From the NCBI RefSeq assembly GCF_009914755.1, contig NC_060930.1: a stretch of DNA of 64,000 nt. One strand, written 5' to 3'. This DNA comes from the human T2T-CHM13v2.0 reference genome, Homo sapiens. The translations under genes were made by a program, and so were the position numbers. A model generated the notes under the pieces. That model was given only the letters and a program-made list of their open reading frames with translations, did no database searches and was not told the origin of the DNA. Positions 54,489-64,000 of this stretch are shown here, one piece after another. The stretch's first letter is position 1. The number at the start of each line of letters is the position of its first letter.

Positions 54489-57400
54489 TGCTGTTTATTT
54501 CATACTTAAAGTTTTAAATATATTGATGAAATAGTCTTTTTCTAACATTAAGTGATAGATACCACGGAGTGTGTTTAGTGGCATACCTTTCATGACATGC
54601 ATTTTGACATATATGAAGAGTTGACTCTCTGAATTCTGTGGGGCAAATTGACATCCAAATCACAAGTTAGCTGAGGAATTCCTTGATTCTAATCTTGATT
54701 CTGCTGTCTCTAATCTAACCCTCTAGGGTCTCTGAGTTTTCAAGAATGTTTTATTCATTTTAATTAATTAATTACTTAATTAAAATAATGTTTTGGCGCT
54801 GGCTTGCATTAGAAAATACAGAGGTATACTAAAATTAACAATAATTATGTGATTCTGTAACTTACTGCCAAGCCTATTAAACTCTCAGGAAGCTCTATTT
54901 TTTATGTATATGTCAGAGCTAGTTTTTAATTTATCTGAAGTGGTTTGTAATTATTGATAATGCTGATAATAAAATTTATATTGTTTGGATCAGAAAAAAA
55001 ATTTAAAGTAGACTCTGCCTTTTATTAAATACAGTTTGGATTCTAAAATTTGCTTGCTGGCACAACAATCTGCGTATTGTTGGTGTGATCCTGTCTGCCC
55101 TCCTCTCATAGAACACAAAAAAGCAGCCCGGATGAGGAGTCAACTCACCTCTTTCTAAACGCTAATTATTTGCTGTAAGTTAAATGGTCAGAGGATGTCA
55201 GTGTGACTGTCTAGGTCTTTGTTCAAAGATCTAAAAGGTAGCAGGGAAAAGTTAACTCAGGTGTGGCAAATAACTTTTCAGTAGTAAGAACCTCTGGAAG
55301 GCTGTGAAAATCAGAAAGAGAGAGAGGTACTTATCTGCACACACTTTTCTCCTGGTCAGGAGAAAATTAAAAATGACTACCCATTTAACGTAATGTCTGT
55401 TAGATAAGCTGACAACCTTAGGTTTAAGTAGAAATACAAAAACTCTGCATTTTAAAAATATATTATTTTAGGAGGAAAGAACACAAAGTAAAACAAAGGT
55501 TTCAGTGTATTTGTCTGACTCTGGAAGCTTTGGAACACAGCAAAATATTGTGCATTCTTGGACTGGACATATTTTAGTCAATATGCTGACTATGGGATCC
55601 CTGGGCTGAAAAGAGGATCTGGCCCAGGCAGTGGTAGCCAGTTGGTATACAATGTCCCGTCCATGCGTACACACTAGGCCACATTATGAATACTGTCCAA
55701 ATTTTATGACTTGAACATACTCATTCCTACTCACTTTCTAGGTCTTATCAAAGCACCTACTCCCTTCACTGTGTTCTGTATCCCTCATTATCCAGGATTG
55801 ATTTTAGAGATACTTCATATATGTTTTTTGGTGATGTGTAGCACACATAATGTTGTTTGTGGAGAACCTTTGCATACGTACTGTGTGCCTCTGGCAGAGT
55901 GCACACACAGGGAACAAAGGAAGCTGGTTGGGGTAATTTCTAAGTGAGTTTGAATATTCCAAGGAAAGCATGTAAAAGGTGCCCTCTGATAATTTGAGCA
56001 TTTACCCTGAGCCAAAGTTTAATTAATTTTTCACTACCTTTTGGCCTAGTAAACAGTGGAGAAGAACTTGGGGAGAGTTGGCAGCTCTGGAGGATGAGAT
56101 GATCAATCTGGCTCCAATAGGAAGATTAGATTGAAGGAAGATAAAGGGATATCAGGGTGATTAAAGCTGTGCCAGGGTGAAGGTTATAGAGGAGTCAAAT
56201 CTAATTTAGGCATTAGGTTCTAAAGGTAGAACAGTATAGAAGGTGCCACTTGAGTATTGTTGAAAACCTCTTTGGAAGAAGCCATATTGAAGACAAACAT
56301 CATAGTACGTCCCACACAGGCAGTTTACCCTTCGACATTGAATTATGCAGTTCTGTTGAGCTCCAGATTCCATTGTTGGCTTATGTTTTAAGGGCCATGT
56401 TGCATTAAAAAATGTGTCCATGTGTCATTGAACTCATTGAATACCATAGTCTTACTCAACTTGGAGAGTTCATCTGTGGATGAGAGCCACACAAGAACTG
56501 AGTTGGCCCCTTGGGTAGAAGATCTTTAGGCTGATTTAGGGTAAATACTTATGGAGAGAATTAGAATGGTAAATGGACTTCTGCCCACTATTTAAAACAA
56601 TTTTCTTATCTATCTCTCTGTCTCATGCATATGGTTAAATTCTTATAAGTTAGATGCTTGTATGATGCAGATGGATTGTCCTTGTGGTCACTTGGCAATA
56701 GTAAAGGAAAGAAGCTTCCCTTAGATCCCCATACTCTGGCCCTTGGTGGATTTAGCACTGGAAATATAAACATTCATTTAAATGAAGTATTTCTCTTTTC
56801 TCCATGGATCAACTCTATGGAAATAGGCTACTGTTGTTCTCACAAAATCTCATTCACCAAAGCTTTGAACATGCAAAAGTTTTGAGATCTTTGCTTAACA
56901 CATATCAGTCTAAAGGTGAAGTACTGAAGGGTGTTTATTTGTTAAACATCTGTTGGTGCTTTCAAATTATAAGACATTGGTCCTGATGAGTCAGTATATA
57001 GCAAGAAACACATATTTCAGGTCTTGAAGGGATTTCCATTTTTGGCCTTGCTATTGTTTACATTTGATATTTCTTAAATTTGACCTCCCTTTACCTTGGT
57101 TTAAGACCCCTGGGAGTGAACTCCTATCAATGGTACTTGTGCTGAAAGGAGAAAATGCTTTCCCCTCACCAATGTCAAAACTTTTGTATTCAGTATCAAA
57201 AACAATGTTCTGAAATTTTTACTGCTTTTCTGTGGATATAAGATTTTTATTAAGTCTTCAGGTTCATATCTTGAACCTAGTCAGTTGAGTCAAGAGAAGA
57301 ATTTGGAATTAGGTATAGAAGAAAACTGAAGATGAAGAAGTTAGCTTAAAATATGGAACTTAACCCTGCCTCTTCTGTGGTCTATAAACCTACATCAGAA

Positions 57401-60400
57401 GGAAATACACGTTTCAAAGAGGCAAAGACAATTCTCTTGTTTAAGATAACACATTTTTGAGTTAGTCATAATTTGTTTTGTTACTGAAACATTTGAATAC
57501 AAATCTCTGATACCCAAATTAATTATTTCTCACCATTCCTCCCTTCCCTGGGCTATTTATTTCTTGCTTTGTTGTGTCTCCAATAAAGCAAACATAAAAT
57601 ACAGATGTAAAATGCTACAGTAGAATTTATGTAATCTACCTTGTTATTGCTGTTATTATAACTGCTATTAAATTGTAATAGTTTATAAAGCCTGAGTGTC
57701 TTTAATGACTTTTTTCATATGATTACATATTTATTTAAAATGTCATTGCGTTATTCTTAAGGATAGTTCCATAAGCTTCTCAGAGCAGTGACTCGTTGCA
57801 ATGACCAAGAACATCTTAAATGGTAAAGAAGGTGTTCAAGAGGTCTCGATGAAACATTTGGCAAATATTAGACCTTAGAAATGAACACAAGCTTAAACAT
57901 TTAATTTAATTGAACAAATATTTATTAAGTATTATGTGTCAGGTACTGAATCATATTGCCCAATAGAAAAATCTATTAGCAAAATAAATAGAATTTAAAG
58001 GAGAAAAGTATTTGCTGTCTACTGTGAACCCAGTGGCATGGGAAAGAAGGATTTGATGTTTCAGTATTATTTTGCAAACAAAAGACCAATACCTTTATTT
58101 CAAAATTCTAAGTAAAAACAAATGTGAAAAATGAGCTTCATGGAAGCTTCTTAAATTTCACGCACCATCCTTTGTTCTGAAAACAATTGAATCTAATCAG
58201 GTGTGGTTTGAACTTTTTAAGGCAAATGGACTCAGACTCTCTTTTTCTTTATTCAACCAAAAGCTCCTTTGATTGAATTACTAAATCTATGTATGTGCTA
58301 ATGCCTTAATATAGCCCAAAGTTTCTATATTGTCTGTTTTTATTAAAAGATGTCTATTTACTTGAATATGTGAAATATTTTATCATTAAAATTAGTAATA
58401 TAATTGTATGTTGTAAAATATTTAAATGTGGGTCTTATTAAAAAAGTTCCAGGGAGATAATTAGGCTTGGCACCTCAATCCATAGACAAATAGATGAATT
58501 GACATGATGCGAAAAGGAGGGGCTTGAAGGGACGGTTACTTGGTAGAGCACCAAATGTATTTTGACAGACACTAAATGCTTTTTATAGACAATAATGTTG
58601 TTTTGGGAAAATCAGTTTATCTTTTTATAAGTTTTGCAATCTACTTGAATGTGCTTAAAGAATATATTTTATATTTCTCCTGCCCCCGCCCCATCTCTTT
58701 GTCTATACTGGGAATTCCATAATGTAACACCCTTAAATAGAAAACAGTTACAGCTAATCCTATTTAAAATGGTTGCTAAGGGACTATTCATAGGAGCTTA
58801 GAAATGACTCAAGATCTCCCTTTAAGGAGTAAAGCAGGAAAAGTAAAGAAAAGAACACTTCTAGGAAGAATTTTAACATATGGGTTTGTGTCATGTGGTT
58901 TCTGGTATGTAGGATGTAGGAATCATTTCCCAATCTGTGAGTTCCAGGCCTTCCATTGAGCCCTGAACCTAATGCCAGCACACTTCTCTCTCCTCAACTC
59001 CTGAGGACACCCCTGGGCAAATGGGGCTACACAGCTGGGGTTAGGGTAAGAAGGACACTTCCTTTCTCTACAACTCAGGTATGGTAGAAAGTGACCTTAT
59101 GATAGCTAAAAGAGTATCTATAGCACTACTAACCAACTCCTTCAGAAGAAGAGCCAAAGTAGTCATTGGGGTGTGGTGGGGAATAAGGATAGCTGACCAG
59201 CTGTACTCCACTCTTTACTGCCCATTTTAGGAAAGGCAGAGTCCTATTTCATTGTGCTCTGAATGTATGACTTCTGCTTTTCCTGTTTCAGGATGAATGT
59301 GCAATATATAGTTTTCCCTTCATCTATGAGAGTGACTTGTATATTTCTTTGTGAATAGGAAAATATGATCCCAGGGTTTGCCATGTACCAGGCAGATTAT
59401 GCTTCTACTATAAACAATGTTTTCTCTCTTTTTTTTTGGCCAGTTGCAAATATTCATAAGCTTATAAGAGAAAACTTAGAATGCCAAACCAGATATTCCT
59501 TCTGACAAACAGGAAGTTAGAGATTTCTTTTTTCCACAAAAAATTTAAGAGTGGATACAAGGACTTCTTTAAAAATTAAAACTTGGCCATAGAGTTTAGA
59601 ACAAATAACACAGTCAGAAATTTCTAATTCTAACTAACAAAAAGGTTAGGTTGAATTAGTCCTCAAAACTAAAAGTAGAATTAGGGTGTGATTAAATATC
59701 TAATTTTAATGATAAATGCCTCAAGTTATTCTTAGATGTTTATGTTAAGAGTAATTTAGATATTTTAGAATTTATATTTAGAGTAATTCAGATATGTTTA
59801 TAAACCTATGTTAGCTAACACTTACTGATTACAAAACACAGACTTCTTATTCTATAAAACCACTGAATCGAGAAATCATTGTAGTCTCCATTGCACTTTG
59901 CCAAAAGGCTTTGAGATCTATCTGAGGCACCATAATTTTATTTGTTCTTTACAGGGCAAAGTTAACTCTTCAGGGATAAATGGCCTCTGATTACAAGCTT
60001 CTCAAATCCAAACAAATCAAATGTTAAGAAACAAAACATGCTACAAATTTAGGGCCTCTTTTGCTGGCTTTAGGTTGCATGAGGGTCATAGTCATCCTAA
60101 GTTAACAAGCGTTGTGCTGCCTACATCACTATCAGAGTACCTTAAATACAGTGGACACTCAGCAAATATTTGAATGAGTTTAAGTATAAAAGGAAATGTA
60201 CTATTTTGATTTAATTCTATTTGAGGAGCTTGTTTTTTTATAATGATGACATCAATTTCCACATGGCGAAAGTATCCCTAAATGTTGCATACAGACCCAA
60301 GGCCTTCTATTCTTATTTGTGGGTATTAATCAATGTTTTCCTATCTGTCTAAATCCTGTACCCTTATATATTGACAACTTTTCTATTTACAGTTATACTG

Positions 60401-60925
60401 ACTAATGATATGTATGTATATGTTTTCTTTATTTTCCATATATTACTTTTTATCCTTCCCCAATTCTGTCACATATACTTTTCACTTTTATCTCCACTTT
60501 CCAACTATGGTCAGGCTGATCCAGAAGAAATCAGTCTAGTGACATATGAGATAACCTGCCTTTCTTTAAATAATAGTTCTGAATGTAAAAGGCCAGCATC
60601 ATGGAATGTGTTTGCTCTGTGTAGGTGGTCCAAGCTATTTTCTGATTGTTCACATGCCTTCTTTCCACACACCTGTGAATCTTTTTCACTTGAGAACACC
60701 TAGTATCCCTTGCTCCACAAACTCTGTTTCTTCTCCCTCACATATAACAAATATGGCTACTAAGAATGTCAGGGAGATAGCAGAGCTTAGGCAAGTCACT
60801 TAGCTGCTCTCTGACTCAGTTTCCTCTTCTCACAGGATTGTTTGGAGGATTACATGAGTTAGTATTTATAACTCATGTTATATATATAAAGCATTTAAAA
60901 CAGTGACAGACACATAGTGAGTACT

Positions 60926-61289
60926 TGTATTAGTCTGTTCTTACACCGCCAATAAAGACATACCTGAGACTGGGTGATTTATAAAGGAAAGAGGTTTGAT
61001 GGACTCACAATTCCACATGGCTGGGAAGGCCTCACAATCATGGCAGAAGGCAAAGGAGGGGCAAAGTCATGTCTTATATGGCAGCAGTCAAGAGAGTGTG
61101 TGCAGGGGAACTCTCCTTTATAAAACCATCAGATCTCATGAGACTTATTCATTATCATGAGACCAGCCAGGGAAAGACCCTCCCCCATGATTCAATTACC
61201 TCCCACCGGGTCCATCCCACAACACATAGGAATTGTGGGAGCTACAATTCAAGATGAGATTTGGGTGGGGACACAGCCAAACCATATCA
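60926..61289 (-). mobile_element. THE1 MaLR solo LTR inserted in a MIR 3' end
   Basis: tgtattagtctgttct...ataaagacatacctgagactggg...gacacagccaaaccatatca; TSD gtact/gcact. Confidence 0.93.
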
Positions 61290-62214
61290 GCACTCTCAAA
61301 TTCTTTGATAAATAAAATGGGTATGGAGGAAAATTAGTGGTGAGAAAAATGGCAATATTTAGAAAGCAGAATAGGAATTTCTCACTTCCAATGTGAAGAG
61401 TTTAAGAGTTTTGTGGGTTAATGCTTGAAAAAGCTGGAATGAGCTCCCAGGATAGGTTTTCACTCAATAGTCAAGTTGTTTCTAGCAAAAGCCAATTAGA
61501 GTAACTAGCATTCAAAAAGATCATTTCATTGATGAGAGTGTTTGTAGGCTGTTTCCAATGTTACAGAGTATTTTCTCACAGACTCCATAGCTGAAATCAT
61601 TGTCCTACGAAGCGGTAATAAAATTTTACTTTTCTCTATCTCTTCTAAAAATGTACTGCCTGCTCTCCTTCCAGTGGTTAATGAGTCACCTGAACCAACT
61701 GGTATTTGTATTCTAAGAATTCACTCTATCTTTGAGTAATTCTAAGCTGATTTTAAAATTACCCTTATAAAATTATTATTGCTCTGGATTTCTGAGTATA
61801 TAATTAATTTTGTAATGTGGAGATCATTCCTTTCTAGAATTATAGCGAACCGGAATACTTTTTTGAAAGATGCCTTGAGAATTCAAAAGGGATATTGCTC
61901 AGTTAGTAAATTTTATCTTAAAGACTTGATTCATAGGCAGACTTGCAGGCTCACACTGAGCTCGTTTATTCTAACTTGTCTAGGTTGTGATGTAATTAAG
62001 TAAGTCAGTTAATTAGTTAGTTATTGCCAGTTAGGATGGGAAGTGGGACAACCAGAGGCTTTATTTCTTCATTTAATATTTATTAATTGAGTGCCTGTGG
62101 TTCAGAAGATATTACAGTAATGACAGCCAATGTTCCTACCCTCACAGAGCTTGCATTCTGGGAAGTAAATGTAGTATTATGGAATTGGAGGTGTTTATAT
62201 TCCAGTGTTTGAAA

Positions 62215-62420
62215 AAAGACTTACATTACCATTCTGCTGCCTACTGTGTGACCATGACAGATTTTTAACCTCTCTGTGCTTGTTTCTCTATATGTAAATT
62301 GGTAATAATAAAATTACTTACTTCGTAGGGTTGTTTTAAGATTAAATGAGTTAAATACACATAAGGAGCTTAAAACAGTGCCTGTCACATAAGGGCTATG
62401 TAAACACTGGCTATTACCAT
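62215..62420 (+). mobile_element. MIR SINE
   Basis: taacctctctgtgcttgtttc...agggttgttttaagattaaatgagttaaatac. Confidence 0.7.
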
Positions 62421-62429
62421 TAATTAGTT

Positions 62430-63850
62430 ATGTATCATTATATGAGGTAAGTGTATAAAGGGAGGCAGAATAAAGGGATAGAGAAAAATAGGAGCTGCTG
62501 TTTCAGGTAGGATTGTCAGGAAAGCCTTCCCTGAGAACAGGATAATTTGAGCCAAAACCTGAATGAAACAGAGAAATGAACAGTGCTAACATCTAGTGGA
62601 GAAGAATTCCAGGCATAGGGAACAAGTAGTGAAAATGGCATGAGGTAGCAGAGTGCTTACATGTTGAGAGTAGCTGGTAAGTCTGTGTGATAGAAGTTCC
62701 ATGAGCCAGGGAGAAAGGATTAAGCTAAGAGACTAAAGAAGAGGGAAGAAGGTCACCTAGGGCTTGGTTGGACAAAATTTTCAGCAAGGAATTATAAATT
62801 CTAAATAACGAAAAGCCAGCAGAGGCTGAATCAGGGGAGTGACAGGATTCTGTCTGAAGAATATACTGTGAGGAGACAAGTGTGGACCTTAAGAGACCAT
62901 TCAGTAGTTTATTGCAGATATTCAGGTGAGAGACGGTTATAGCTTGAACCAACCAAAGCAGTAATGAGAATGGGCTGGTGTTTGAGCGATTGACTACAAA
63001 ACATATTTCAAAAGTGAAGCGAAAAGATTTTCTTATAGGTTTGATTTAGTGTTAGTAGAACAAAGGAGTCTATGATGTTTCCACTTTGGGGCCTGGGCAT
63101 CTGGATGACTAAGGTACCATTTGCTGTGATGGTGTTCACTTGGAGAGGAGGTCCAATTGATGGGTGGCATTTTGGGACATGTAAACTTTGAGATGATGAT
63201 TAGCTATGCAGTTGGAGATGCTAAGTACGTAGTCGAATATTCAAGTTGGGGAGTTTAGGGAAGTATTTGGGGCTGGGGATATAAATTTGGAGTGGTCAGA
63301 TTGTAGATGTTTTAGGAAGCCACGGAACTTGAATTAGATCACCAAGACTAAAGGAGATGAAGAAGAGAGGAGAGGTGAAGATTAGCTGTGGGAGTGCTAA
63401 TTATTAAATGGAGAGAAGAGGATGCAGAGCCAGTAGAGGAGATAGAGAGAGGTGATCAATGAGACAGAAGATGACCAGGAAAGTGTAGAGTTCTGGTAGC
63501 CAAATGGAGAATCATTTTTAAGAAGGGTAGAATTAACTAATCCTGCCAGATGCTTCTGAGGAAGGGAGTAAAGATGAAGGTTGACAGTTGCCTGCTGAAT
63601 TAGACACTGTGGAGGTCACTAGTACCCTTGTCAAGAGCAAGACCCTTGCAATGGTGAAGACAAAAACATAATTGGAGTGGATTCAAGAAAGAATGTGAAA
63701 TTGCAAAGATGGACAATCCTTTTAAAGAGTTTGGATGTAGAGGGGACAGCAGTATGGGGATAATTTGACAGGGTCATGAGGTTTAAGTTTTTCTTTTAAA
63801 TGAGAAATATCACAGTGCATGTGCTGTTGAGAACAGGCCAATTAAGAGTT
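62430..63850 (+). mobile_element. L2 fragment
   Basis: gtcaggaaagccttccctgag; attccaggcatagggaacaag; gggctggggatataaatttggag; purine-rich L2 motifs. Confidence 0.7.
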
Positions 63851-64000
63851 TAAAAGAAAAATCTTGATGGTGTACAGAAGAAAGGGCATAATAATGGGAT
63901 CAAAGTCTTTGCATAAGCCATTGTGGATGAGCTTGAGCAGAAAAGAGGAAGAAAAGACTATAGAGCCAGGACAGTTCATGCATTGAAACTGATAAGAGGT

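Overview
Primate, most likely human, genomic DNA containing the promoter CpG island and first coding exon of RIMS1 (RIM1-alpha, presynaptic active-zone Rab3 effector) on the + strand. The ATG is at 32191 and the splice donor follows 32354. Everything to the right is the start of a very long intron 1, and no exon 2 was recognised in the window. The left ~31 kb is repeat-dense intergenic sequence: a nested old L1 block, Alus, MaLR solo LTRs, a degenerate ERVL provirus with gag remnants, and hAT/Tigger DNA transposons. The most interesting unexplained structure is in the RIMS1 5' leader, where a compound CTG/CCG/CCT triplet repeat is read in two ways. One frame is a 37-aa AUG-initiated polyalanine uORF. 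The other is a stop-free CUG-rich frame continuous with the RIMS1 ORF. The exon-1 donor also carries an in-frame stop, and an early intronic AATAAA lies ~480 nt downstream. No wholly new biological system is demonstrable from sequence alone. Repeat subfamily names are from recalled consensus sequences and repeat boundaries are approximate.
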